Source: Alphaproteobacteria bacterium
GTDB taxonomy: Bacteria > Pseudomonadota > Alphaproteobacteria > MPNO01 > UBA830
Assembly: GCA_964291215.2 (NCBI GenBank)
Contig: OZ219790.1
Span: 2,304,001 to 2,368,000 of the forward strand
Direction of reading: 5' to 3'
DNA: 64,000 bases
The notes beneath the pieces were generated by a model. That model did no database searches and was not told where the DNA came from. It was given only the letters and a program-made list of their open reading frames with translations. Positions 22,114-32,513 of this stretch are shown here, piece by piece (the stretch's first letter is position 1; each line of letters opens with the position of its first letter). A program made the position numbers and the translations under genes.

Positions 22114-23775
22114 ATGACCGAAACGCTCGACATCGCGCTTGCGCAGATCAACCCGACCGTCGGAGATGTCGTCGGCAATGCCGAGCGTCTGCGCACAGCC
22201 CGTGCGCGCGCCGCCGAACGGAGCGCCGATCTCATCATCGCGAGCGAACTGGTGATATCCGGCTACCCGCCCGAAGACCTCGTGCTCCGGCCGATCTTCC
22301 AGGAAACCGTCAAACGCGAAGTCGACGCGCTCGCCCGGGAGACCGTCGACGGCGGGCCGGCGATGCTGATCGGAGCTCCGTGGCTGCAGGACGGCAAGCT
22401 GTGCAATGCGGCGCTCCTTCTCGACGGCGGCGAAATTGTGGCTGTCCGCATAAAGCATGATCTCCCCAACTACGGCGTGTTCGACGAGAAGCGGGTCTTT
22501 TCCGCGGGTCCGCTTCCGGGCCCGGTGAATTTTCGCGACGTCCGCATCGGCGTCATGATCTGCGAGGACATGTGGACCGACGAAGTCGCCGAATGCCTGC
22601 AGGAGTCGGGCACCGAGATCCTCGCGGTTCTCAACGGGTCGCCGTTCGAGGCGGACAAGTGGGACACGCGGCTCGCGCTCGCGGTCGCGCGCGCCACCGA
22701 ATGCCGGCTGCCGCTGATCTATGTCAACCAGGTCGGCGGCCAGGACGAGCTCGTCTTCGACGGCGCGTCGTTTGTCGTCGGCGCGGACGGAGCACTGCTG
22801 GCCGCGGCGCCGGCATGGCGCGAGGACATCCTGGCGACGCGCTGGACGCGCGGCGGCGCGGGATGGACGTGCGAGCAGGCCAGCCGCGCACCGCCGCCCG
22901 AGGGCCTTGACGGAGTTTACAGGGCGATGATGCTCGGCCTTCGTGACTATGTGGACAAGAGCGGCTTTTCGGGCGTCATAATCGGCCTTTCGGGCGGCAT
23001 CGACTCGGCGCTGACGGCCGCGATCGCGGTCGACGCGCTCGGCGCCGACCGCGTGCACTGCGTCATGATGCCGTCGCCCTATACGTCACGCGCGAGTCTC
23101 GACGACGCCGCGGCGGCGGCGGACCTGCTCGGCACCCGGCTCGACACGATCGCGATCGAGCCGGCCATGGCCGCCTTCGACGCCATGCTCGCCGACTACT
23201 TCGCCGACACCGAAGCCGACACCACGGAGGAGAACATCCAGGCGCGCGCCCGCGGCCTGACGCTGATGGCGCTGTCCAACAAGACCGGGGCAATGGTGCT
23301 TTCCACCGGCAACAAGTCCGAGATGTCGGTCGGCTACGCCACGCTCTACGGCGACATGTGCGGCGGCTATTCCGTCCTCAGGGATGTCTACAAGACCGAC
23401 GTGTTCGCACTGTCGCGGTGGCGCAACGCCAAGCGGCCCGACGGCGCGCTCGGGCCCTCCGGGCCCGTCATGCCGGAGAACGTCATCGTCAAGCCGCCGT
23501 CGGCCGAACTGAAGCCGAACCAGACAGATCAGGACAGCCTGCCGCCCTACGACGATCTCGACGCGATCCTCAGGTGCCTGAACGAGCGCGACATGAGCAT
23601 CGGCCGGACAGTGGAGGAAGGTTTCGAGCAGGCCCTGGTGCTGCGTGTCTGGCGCATGCTCCTCGGCGCCGAATACAAGCGCCGCCAGGCTCCGCCGGGG
23701 GTCAAGATCACGGGCCGCTCGTTCGGGCGCGACCGTCGCTATCCCATGGTCAACGCGTTTCGGGGAAACCGGTAG
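22114..23775 (+). CDS. nadE: Glutamine-dependent NAD+ synthetase
   Basis: N-terminal nitrilase domain (GYPPEDL, ICEDMW), then GLSGGIDS, ENIQARARG, TGNKSE, EYKRRQAPPG. Confidence 0.95.
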   Translation: MTETLDIALAQINPTVGDVVGNAERLRTARARAAERSADLIIASELVISGYPPEDLVLRPIFQETVKREVDALARETVDGGPAMLIGAPWLQDGKLCNAALLLDGGEIVAVRIKHDLPNYGVFDEKRVFSAGPLPGPVNFRDVRIGVMICEDMWTDEVAECLQESGTEILAVLNGSPFEADKWDTRLALAVARATECRLPLIYVNQVGGQDELVFDGASFVVGADGALLAAAPAWREDILATRWTRGGAGWTCEQASRAPPPEGLDGVYRAMMLGLRDYVDKSGFSGVIIGLSGGIDSALTAAIAVDALGADRVHCVMMPSPYTSRASLDDAAAAADLLGTRLDTIAIEPAMAAFDAMLADYFADTEADTTEENIQARARGLTLMALSNKTGAMVLSTGNKSEMSVGYATLYGDMCGGYSVLRDVYKTDVFALSRWRNAKRPDGALGPSGPVMPENVIVKPPSAELKPNQTDQDSLPPYDDLDAILRCLNERDMSIGRTVEEGFEQALVLRVWRMLLGAEYKRRQAPPGVKITGRSFGRDRRYPMVNAFRGNR

Positions 23776-23882
23776 GAAATCCTACGCCGCTGTCTGCAAG
23801 GCCAAGCCGGCGATTCCGCCGATCACCGGCGCCGTATCGTGCATCCTCTGACGAAAATCCGACCCTTGCGGAGTCTCCGGCG

Positions 23883-24069
23883 CAGGACTTTCCCACGCTG
23901 TGGTTGATGTTTTGAATGACCGCTGAACGGGGCACAAATTTCCGCATTCTTGCCAGGTTTTCCGGCTGCGGCGACTCGTGGACGGCCCCGCGGCCAGAAA
24001 ACCCGGCAGGCTGTGCAACCTCCCTCTATCAGCAGTCAGCAAGATCGAATGCGGCGTGGGAAAGTCCTG
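23883..24069. mobile_element. MITE-like element (187 bp) with perfect 16-bp terminal inverted repeats
   Basis: CAGGACTTTCCCACGC (23883-23898) / GCGTGGGAAAGTCCTG (24054-24069). The first 85 bp recur at 43703-43787. Confidence 0.7.
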
Positions 24070-24644
24070 TTGCAATCGCCAAAGTAAACCTCAGCGCAGA
24101 TCGTCATCACCGCACGAACGAACGCTTACAGTAATTCGTGCCTGATAAAAAATAATGATCGTGTTGAATCCCGAAGGGTCAGGACCCGGCGCTTGACGAC
24201 ACAATTCTCCAGATGCGGAGGGCCCGCCCGGACTCGGACCGGGAACCTGCGGCTTAAAAGAAAGCCATACGGAATTTTGTGGCACGCCCCATTTCCTGTC
24301 GAATTGCGAGTGGCCTATATCTTTGATTATATGGGGAATTAAAAGACCCAGACGACACGATCCAAAGCTTCATGGACCGTGTCAGTTTAGCGCTTCGGGT
24401 CCGCTGTGGCGTCCTGATCGAGCCCCATTCCGGGCGGCTGGCGACGGTCCGACGTCCACAGTTCGCATGACCCGGCGGGTATGAAGCTACAGGCGCCCAC
24501 CTCGGAGGGTACGGATGGAGTGGGTGCTTGCCTGGACCGACGCTCCGCTCCGCATTGATCCGTTGCTCGACAATCAGGCCTCCTCGAAGTATGGCGCTAT
24601 TGCGTTCGCCGCAGTCGTTCCTGTCGTCAATCGGCGCCGAGACA

Positions 24645-25694
24645 CTATCGCCATGTGTGCCGGAACGGGGACGACTCCGGCAGATCGTCGCTCAGACCGC
24701 GACCGTTCACATTCGCTTCGAGAAGCCGAATACGTTCCATCAGCGCATCGAACTCCAGGACGTCGCCCCGGATAGCGTCAGCGTCGCACATCGCCTCATA
24801 GTCGGCCTTCAGGTCCGGGAGCTGGTCTTCGTCCGGCACGAGCCGCAATTCGCCCTCCAGACAGCGGTCGTAACTGACGCCGCCATAATGAAAGAACATC
24901 TTCTTGTGTTTGACCACTTCTCCCAGCAGCGCGCGGTCGTCGAGCGCCGCCCTGCCAATCTCGTGGTCGGCGAGGCAGGCCAGGTCGAACCAGTGGCGGG
25001 AAAGGCGCCCCGCGAGACGGCGGCGGTGGCAGGCCACATGGGCCAAGGTCGCCTTTTCCCAGAATGTGCGCTTCGGGTTGAGGACGGTCACAGTCGCTGA
25101 AGGAAACTCCAGGTCCTGGGTAAAACCGGCAATATCGGCCGCGACCGGGCGTCGCTCGTTCGGCGAGATGACATTGCGGCCGCCGAATTCCAGCAGCACC
25201 TCGTTGCTGAAGTAACCGCTGGCGCCACCGACCGCGGACGGATAAACGAAAAGCAGGCTCTCGCCATCCTCGCTGATCCGTATGTCGTGCCGGCCGTCCA
25301 TGTCGAGCCGTTGCGCCGCTTCGTCGACGAAGGGCGCCACGACATCGCGGACATAGTCTGCGACACGGGCCCTGAGTTGTTCGCTCAACCGCTTGATCCG
25401 GGTCCGGCTCACGCCTTCGGCAAAAGGATCGAATCCGTCGCTGAAGACGCGGTAATCGAAACTGACATCCACATCTTCGGAAAACCGGTCGATGACGCCA
25501 TAGACCTTCGAAAGCGCGGTTCCTCCCCGGAAGGCCATCGGATGGGCCCCGGGCATGGTGAAGAGGGTATGCAGCGTCCAGCAGACCCAGATGTCCTTCT
25601 CCAGAATGACGGGGTCCGGACCGAAATTGGTGTTGACGGCCTGCAGAATGTCCGCGCGTTCGCCGGCCGCGAGAGAAAGGAACGGCCTAGCCAT
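24645..25694 (-). CDS. AbiEii/AbiGii-family nucleotidyltransferase toxin
   Basis: ILEKDIWVCWTL, FRGGTALSKVYGVIDRFSEDVD, RTFWEKAT, SRHWFDL. Confidence 0.88.
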   Translation of the reverse strand: MARPFLSLAAGERADILQAVNTNFGPDPVILEKDIWVCWTLHTLFTMPGAHPMAFRGGTALSKVYGVIDRFSEDVDVSFDYRVFSDGFDPFAEGVSRTRIKRLSEQLRARVADYVRDVVAPFVDEAAQRLDMDGRHDIRISEDGESLLFVYPSAVGGASGYFSNEVLLEFGGRNVISPNERRPVAADIAGFTQDLEFPSATVTVLNPKRTFWEKATLAHVACHRRRLAGRLSRHWFDLACLADHEIGRAALDDRALLGEVVKHKKMFFHYGGVSYDRCLEGELRLVPDEDQLPDLKADYEAMCDADAIRGDVLEFDALMERIRLLEANVNGRGLSDDLPESSPFRHTWR

Positions 25695-26295
25695 GGGCCG
25701 ATCCTGTCGGAGAGGCATCGAACGCCGCCGCCATCCAGGCGGGCATGGCGGCTGTGCGCAGCTTTGCGAAGTCCTCCGGGCGGAGAACCTTCGCAATCCG
25801 GGCGACCGTCTCCGGCGTGACCTCCTCCTTCCCGAGATACCAGAGTGCGGAGAGAGCCACACCCGCCGGCTCGCCGGGGAATTGCAGCAGGCGCCGGTTC
25901 GAGGTGTGGCGGAGCCGGACGGAGCCGGCCCCGACATGAAGGGTCCGGGTCGTTCCGCTGGTATGGTACACGGGCGAGAGCGGCATCTGGGTGCTAAACC
26001 CGAACCGCCTTATGGCCTCGAAACCGTGGACCTGGAGCGTCTCGCCGTGGCGGCGCGCAACGGTCCGGGCGACCTCGCGAACATCGATCGCCATGCCGCC
26101 GGCGACATAGCGGCTGAATTTCGGCCGCACATACACGCCGCGGGCGACGCGCCGGATCTCGCCCGCCGCGGCCAGGCGCGACAGGGTCCGCCCGACGGCG
26201 GCCGGGCTGCCGCATCCCGAAAAACGGGCGCCGGTGAAGGGCTTGCCCTTCGGCACTCGTCCCAGGGCGGACCGGACGGTTGCTGCAGTGGACAT
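25687..26295 (-). CDS. AbiEi-type antitoxin (DUF6088-like)
   Basis: AVGRTLSRLAAAGEIRRVARGVYVRP, GFSTQMP, YHTSGTTR; overlaps the toxin start. Confidence 0.82.
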   Translation of the reverse strand: MSTAATVRSALGRVPKGKPFTGARFSGCGSPAAVGRTLSRLAAAGEIRRVARGVYVRPKFSRYVAGGMAIDVREVARTVARRHGETLQVHGFEAIRRFGFSTQMPLSPVYHTSGTTRTLHVGAGSVRLRHTSNRRLLQFPGEPAGVALSALWYLGKEEVTPETVARIAKVLRPEDFAKLRTAAMPAWMAAAFDASPTGSAHG

Positions 26296-26703
26296 CGGAG
26301 GGCTCCTTTGCAGCAAAATATAAGGATACTTCCGGACAAATCAAGTGACGGCCGCCCGGCCGCAGGACCATTCTGTTGTCGCGATCGGCGGCGGACAACC
26401 GTGTCAGAGTGGCCGTTATTGAAGTTGGTGGCACCGTCTCAAGGTCGGAACCGACATATCGACAACGAAATCCGCTCCCGAATGGACCTCCAGATCTGCC
26501 TACAACGCCCCCTCGTCGGACGAAATCGGAAAAAAGAAGAGCCCTGCGCCCAGCCGCCGTCCATGGTAGCGAGCATGGCCAGGCAACCGATCGCATCGTT
26601 CAATTCATAGCAGGCCTGCATCTCGAGAAGCACGGCCACCGCCTGGATATCCTCGCGCGTCGGGTTGTCCTGCAGGGCGTCATCGGAAGGTTTGTACGCA
26701 GGG

Positions 26704-26925
26704 TCACTCCAAGGGTAGGCCCGAAGCGCCGTGGCCCGAACAGCGGAAGTCCCGGTCCTCCAGCGGCATGCCCGGGGCCAGCGCGAAGGCGTCCCTGCTC
26801 TCGAGCCAGGACGGCGCATAGCGGAACAGGCTGAACCGCCGGATGGCGTCCGTCCCGTAGCGCAGTTCGTCCACGGGCCGCCCCTCCCGGCCGGGGAACA
26901 GGACGGCGATCTTCGGGCCGGTCAT
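26704..26925 (-). pseudogene. HipA N-terminal (coupled) domain fragment
   Basis: SLFRYAPSWLE..AFALAPGMPL; no kinase domain follows. Confidence 0.5.
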
Positions 26926-27518
26926 GGCGCGAGCCGCCCCTGAACCGCGCCCGCGAGCGGGGTCTCGTGCTCCGGCCTGTCCACCAGGGCGAGCCCGACA
27001 AGCCGCGCCCTGCGGACGATGCGGCGGTCTGCGGCCGGCCATTCCTCTTCGAGCGCCTGGAACGCGGCGCTGAACGCGGTGAGTTCGCCGGCTTCGACGC
27101 GCGCCCTGACCCGGCGTCCGTCGATCGTGTCCGGCAGGGTCACGGTCGCGCGCAGGCCTTCGGGACCGTCGGCCGGCGCTAGTCCCTTCCCGGACCGGGC
27201 CAGCAGGCCTTCCCAGTCATCAAGGACATTCACCAGCAGGCCGTTGTTCTCCAGAACGGCACCGGGCTCGAAGATCTCGTCGAAGGCCCCGCCGACGCGG
27301 ATCGGGACACCATAGGGGACCAGCAGGCCCTCCAGGACGCCGGGCCCGGTCACGTCGAACGCGAAGGCGCGCCGCTCGACCGGCCCGGCCTTCCCGGTGC
27401 CCGGGTCCGCCCGCTCCCCCGGGAGACCGCGCCGGACCATGCCGGACCTGTTCGCGGGCCAGGCCGGGCCGCATTCGCGCAGGAACTGCGCCAGCGCGCC
27501 CTCCTCCATGAACTTCAT
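26922..27518 (-). CDS. Orphan HK97-family phage prohead-protease-like protein (5' end probably cut by the IS)
   Basis: LEGLLVPYG, FDEIFEPGA, GLRATVTLPDT..G, GELTAFSAAF, RARLVGLALVDRP. Confidence 0.62.
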   Translation of the reverse strand: MKFMEEGALAQFLRECGPAWPANRSGMVRRGLPGERADPGTGKAGPVERRAFAFDVTGPGVLEGLLVPYGVPIRVGGAFDEIFEPGAVLENNGLLVNVLDDWEGLLARSGKGLAPADGPEGLRATVTLPDTIDGRRVRARVEAGELTAFSAAFQALEEEWPAADRRIVRRARLVGLALVDRPEHETPLAGAVQGRLAP

Positions 27519-27641
27519 CCGCTCGGCCAGAACTTCGGCGCCGAAGTGCGTTCGACCGCACAGGTCACGGAGCGCGTCGTACCAGAAGCGCAGCGCGAGG
27601 TCGCAGATCCGCCAGCCCGGTCCGGCTTCCTCGTCCCTGCC

Positions 27642-29623
27642 CAGGGCCTTTCAACTTATCACTATTGACTCGAAGCAACTGACGCCGTATATACGGTTCC
27701 ATGAGAATTGGCCTGCGACATTATGATGGCGAGACGGTTGACTGGCTGAAGGCACGGCTTGGCGCCGGGGATCGCACGCGGACCTTCCTGAGCTCTGCGA
27801 GCGTGAGGACTGGCGGAACGCGAAGGGAGAACTATGCCTCGCCCGCGCTTCCAAAGTTCTCCGCCGTACTCGGTCTGCCTCTGCCGGAGGCTCGGTGACC
27901 CCGGAGTCCCTGGCCCCGTCGCCGGATTATCCCGACAAGCACCTGTCGTGCCGTCTCGGCGATCTTGGCGAGGTGGTTCCGGTTGCCGACGAGGACAAAT
28001 CGCTGGCGCGGTCGATGATGGCATCGCATCATCCCGCAGGGCTATTCTGTTGTCGTCCCAGCGATCGGCGCATGCTGATTTTGGTCCGGGCATTCCGTTT
28101 TCGCCGTGGCAGTGTGCCGGCGACGCTTGCGACCGCGGATTCCCTCCTTCGCGAGGTGACGGTGCGCCCGTGAGCTCCGGGACCGCCTGGTGAAGGAGCA
28201 TCACTAGCTGCGGTTTCACGGCATCAAGGGTCTGCGCCATGTCGCCCTGCACGGCGAGACCTGGGTGGTCGGCTGGCGGCGCGTTCAAGCTTGCTGCACC
28301 GCTGGATCGCTGCGGAGCAGCAGTGCCTGCACGCGAACAATTCCCGGTTCGTTGGGGGGATGCCGAACCTGGCGTGACGGCTGGACATCGAGGCCGCGCG
28401 TTCCTCGCGGAGACGTTCGTCAAGCGCTTCGCCGGAACCTGCTATCGCGCGGCGAACTGGCGCTCGCTTGACGCGCGGTCGCGAGCGGCTCCGCGCGCTT
28501 CCGTCACCACGGCCAGGAGATCTTCATGTACGAACTGGGACCGCCGAGGCGCGATCCCGAAGAGCGCAGCACGACAGTGCCGGGCCTCGACTGCGCAGCC
28601 TGTGCCCGGGCGAGGTGTGCCGCAAGCGCTATCCGCTGAGAACCATTCTCGCGGCTCGCCGGCTACCGCGGCGTGACCGCATTCGCCGCCCTCCAGGAAC
28701 AGCTTGCGGCGGTGAACTCGTTCTTCAGCCCGAAGCGCTACACCGCACCCACACCTTCCACACCATCCTCGCTGACCTGCCGCCCGAGACTCTGCCCTGT
28801 GGACGGCCCGGCAGCAGACACGCCGGCAAGGACATCCGCGGTGCCTCCAGCCGAGAACGCCCGGCGGGTCGCAGCGGTCGAGCACGGATGGTTCTCGGCC
28901 AGGCGAAGAGCAACGGGATCCCCCTCGCCAGCAGCATCAACGTCACCGGCTGCATCGTCACCATGGACGCGATGCACGCTCAGCACGAGCGGCAGCTTCT
29001 CGAGCGCCGCATGTCGTCACGGCGATCAGGAATAACCAGGAGACCATGCTCGACGACCTCAAGGCCATCGACTTCGAGGGCGCGGCCTCGGTTCGAAACC
29101 CTCGACAAGGGCGCATCGAGCGCCGCCGCCGTGGTCGACATCTCCGGCGCCGAGCGGGACCGCTGCGCTGCTCTCCACGGTCGCCGCCATCCGCATCGAG
29201 CGCGAGATCTGCAAGACCAAAGAGAGCAGCGTCGAGACCACCTGGTGCCTCACCTCGCTCGGCCCCGAACGCCCCGAGATGCTTCTGGCGCGCGGGTCAT
29301 GGAAAATCGACTCCGCCACGTACGCGATTTCACCTGCGACGAAGACCGCTGCAGGGTGCGCCGCGCAACCTCTTGACAAACGCCGCCATCCTGCGCTGCG
29401 GCGGACACTTCATGCCCGAGGCCAACCGGCACTACGCCGCCCGGGACGCGCGCCATCCTCATCCCGCAGATAAACCTTCGCCCCTGGCCCCGCGCCACAA
29501 GCCGGGAACGCGCCGGCGCAACAGGACAGCTCTGCTCGAACACTCGAAAAAGCGTGCCCGGCCTGATGCACCAGCCACTGAAACCGGCCCACAGTGAACC
29601 CGGGGTGCCATGCCAGGTCCCTG
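27642..29623 (+). mobile_element. Degenerate DUF4338(DruA-like)-ISAs1 family element
   Basis: Starts CAGGGC. Remnants AFLAETFVKRFAGTCYRAANW (DUF4338-like), GKDIRGAS, GCIVTMDAMHAQ, ENRLRHVRDFTCDEDRCRVR (ISAs1). Right end approximate. Confidence 0.7.
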
Positions 29624-29629
29624 TCACAT

Positions 29630-30692
29630 CAGCAATCCACAGGCCCGACAAAAGAATGGTCTTGGCCTGATACTGAAAGCCGCACACGAAGTCGTCCGCA
29701 TGGCGCACGATGATCGTGTCAGTCATCCGTTTGCGCCAATGGTTCTGGAACCAGTCGTCGAGCACGTAGTGCAGGTAAACGTTCGCCAGGCAGGAGCTGA
29801 CCATGGCACCCTGAGGCGAACCAGCACTGGTGTCGCTCCATGTTCCATGACGCCAGCGTTCATCCACTTGATGATCAGCCGGATGACCACCCCGATCCGT
29901 CTCTCGAGCATCGCGACCAGGTGGTCGCGGTTGTCGAAGGGGCATCAACAATCCAGTTGACCTTCCGCCGTTCCACCGTGACGGCATCGAGCGCATCGTG
30001 CGTCCCGGCCGGAAACCGTAGCTGAACCCGAGGAACTCCGTCTCGTGGAGCGGTACCAGAATCGCGTCCGTCACCGCCCGCTGAAGAATCTTGTCCGAGG
30101 CAAGTTGCCCTCCATCCTCCTTGGGTATGTACACCCCGGAGGCGCCCGCCCCTGTGCACACGGGCGTGCAGGCAGTTCCACCCCTTTCGCGTACGCTTGC
30201 CACACAACGCCCCGCCGCCGCGTCCTTCCTCAAGGAATGGAACGCAGAACATCACGTGGTGGAGTAGCGCCACAAGACGCTCTTCCGGGTTCCTCTTCGC
30301 TACCTGCGTTCCGCCGCCTGTGACCCCCGCTTCTGCGCGCGGCGCGGGCCAACCGCATTGCCCTTCCCTCCGGCAACTCCGCAGGCTCCGAGGAACCCTT
30401 GTTCGCCGCCTTCGACGGTACCATGGCCGGATCCGACTTCTCGTTCATCATCGGTTTACGGAATGGTTCCTTTCCTCTGCGGCCCCTCCACGACAGAGGG
30501 GCAATTGAAAGATCTCCCGGGCCCCTGCTTCGGCCATGGTTCTCGGACCCCGCGGAGCCCCTGCTTGCCTCACCAACGCTTCGCCTGACGCCTCACGGCG
30601 ACCGACGCATGGTTCACCGAGGAAGTGGTGGTTACCCTCTCTTCCTGCCGGGACTTTCACCCGGCAACATTCCACCAGTTAGCCTGGCGCAC
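29630..30692 (-). mobile_element. Group II intron 2 (5' part and truncated RT pseudogene)
   Basis: Minus strand begins GTGCGCCAGGCTAACTGG...GGTGAAAGTCCC, similar to intron 1. RT motifs VYIPKEDG, FLGFSYGFRPGR, GSPQGAMVSSCLANVYLHYVLD, IIVRHADDFVCGF. Confidence 0.85.
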
Positions 30693-31067
30693 TCACCTTC
30701 CGGTCTTTCACTGCTGTACCGTCCCGAATTGCCGCCGTCTCTACCCCGGGGAACCCGATGCGTGCTCGTCAGTTCTTCCGCATCGACTCTGGCCATCGGG
30801 CAGGTCCTTGGCATACCCGACAAATCAGCTTCGTGTGGGAGCGTCTATTTCGGGGCTTCCCGTTCGCTACGGCCCTCCGGTTTGTTCACCGCCCTGGCTG
30901 ATCGAACCGACTGAACACTGTGTTCCAGCCAGCCCACAACGGCTTTCTACGTCCCATCTCGCTGGTCCAGGGTTATCCCTGACCCAGTGGGATATGCTAC
31001 GGCGCCAAACCGGAAATTGCGCCGGCGGGACTCGCACCCGCAAGTACAGCAGCTAGACTCGCTGCAC
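30693..31067 (-). mobile_element. 5' domain-I segment of a third group II intron
   Basis: Minus strand GTGCAGCGAGTCTAGCTGCTG...GGTGCGAGTCCCG; non-coding; abuts an IS66-like reading frame at 31068. Confidence 0.6.
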
Positions 31068-31271
31068 GTCGACGAAGACGCTCAGCCCCTCGCGGTAACG
31101 GATCAGGGAGCGCAAGGGCTTCGCTTCGCGTACATCCTCGGGCAAGGCGTCGAGTTCCTCCTGCCTGAACAGCGCCTCGACAGCGACACGAAGGGCGTCC
31201 TGCAGGGCATCGAACATCGCTGACTGACGCTCCCGTGCGGGATCGTGGTGCTTCAGCCGCAATGCATTCAG
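31068..31271 (-). pseudogene. IS66-family transposase fragment
   Basis: ...KPLRSLIRYREGLSVFVD, the segment that normally precedes the IS66 P-x-DNN-x-AER motif, cut by the intron boundary. Confidence 0.5.
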
Positions 31272-31272
31272 A

Positions 31273-31811
31273 TTGAAGATCAGCGCGATCCTGTTGAGTG
31301 GGGCCGAGCATAGCGAGTTGGAGCGCTTGGCGCGGCGCCGTAAGGTCACCACCGACAAGGTCATCGGCAAGTGCTTCCGCCGCCATCGAAGCCGGGAGTT
31401 CCGCAATTTCCTCGACCACGTCGAGGCCAATGTGCCCGACGACCTCGACATTCACATCGTTATGGACAACCACTCGACGCACAAGACCAAGGAAGTCCGC
31501 GCCCGGTTCGCCAAGAGGCCGCGCGGGCACGTGCACTTCACGCCGATGTCCGCCCTATGCCTCAACCAGGTGGAGAGGGCCTTCGTCGATCTGACGGAGA
31601 AGCAGATCAGGCGCGGGGGTCGCCGCTCGACCGTCGAACTCGAGCAGGCCATCACCGCGTGTATCAAGGCGATCAACGAGGACCCCAAGCCGTTCCGGTG
31701 GCACAAGTCGGCCGACGAGATCCTCGCCGCCGTCAAGCGCTTCTGCGTAAGAACCCTCGAACTCGCACCGGTTCAGTCGTAACTGTGCGAACGTCGGAAT
31801 CGGGACACTAG
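31273..31811 (+). mobile_element. IS630-family remnant with a large internal deletion
   Basis: N-terminal ELERLARRRK fused directly to KVIGKCFRRHRSREFRNFL, IVMDNHSTHK, HFTP..LNQVER; end GGGACACTAG. Confidence 0.82.
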
Positions 31812-32340
31812 GCCCTGTCCTGGTATCCTGCGCGCTGCAGGGAGGCGCGCAGGCCGGGGGTGAAGCCGGCCGGCAGCGCGAGCGTCGCGCCGGGGCCGGC
31901 CCGGAGTCCGCGGTTGCGCCAGTGTTCGGCGTTGGCGTGACGCCAGTTGTATCCGGCATGGCCGCCGACGCGCAGGATGGACAGGGCGGCCCAGCTTGCA
32001 CCGACCAAGATATCGCCGACCGGGCCGTCAAGCCAATTGCAGCCGCGGCAGTTGCGCCGGGTGGCGCTGGCATGAGCGAACATGAAGAGGCGGGGCGTCA
32101 GGCGGGGCGCGCCTTCCAGCCGGACGCCGAAGTAGTCGGTCTCGGGCCGTCTGGCGGTCCACTGCGGCAGGGACCGAGGCGCGATCGGGCGGATCTGGCG
32201 CATCCGGGAGAAGCTTCAGGCAGGCCGGGAGCAGAGCGGCGCCATGAAACCCGCCGCTGCCAACGCACCCGTATTGACATCCTCCGCGGGACCGGCTGTA
32301 AAGGACAAGCGTGATCGACCCTGACCCGCGGCACCACAAA
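31812..32340 (-). pseudogene. Possible remnant of an outer-membrane beta-barrel (Slam/DUF560-like) gene
   Basis: Fragment DYFGVRLEGAPRLTPRL...RRNCRGCNWLDGPVG with alternating beta-strand character; frameshifted. Confidence 0.3.
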
Positions 32341-32513
32341 GCTAGGGCCGAAAGCCGAATCCAGAGCACCGGAAGAGGGTTTGCGGGACGCCGGAACATT
32401 ACGGCATACGACAGGCCCCTGAGCGGTCGACGCGTTACCGTTCGACGACAGGACGACCGCGAGGCCCGGCTAAAGCCGGCGGACCGGATAGCATCGACAG
32501 GAGACCAAGGAAC

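Noticed and set aside
1480-30300. RT remnants as a retron, DGR or defence RT
   Set aside because: Both lie inside group II intron boundaries (GTGYG start; intron 1 has domain V/VI and maturase motifs), and no TR/VR pair was seen
31810-31817. AGGCCCTG as the right IR pairing with CAGGGCCT at 27642, making one 4.2-kb composite element
   Set aside because: Only 8 bp, overlaps the IS630 end, has no TSD, and the outer flanks belong to unrelated genes
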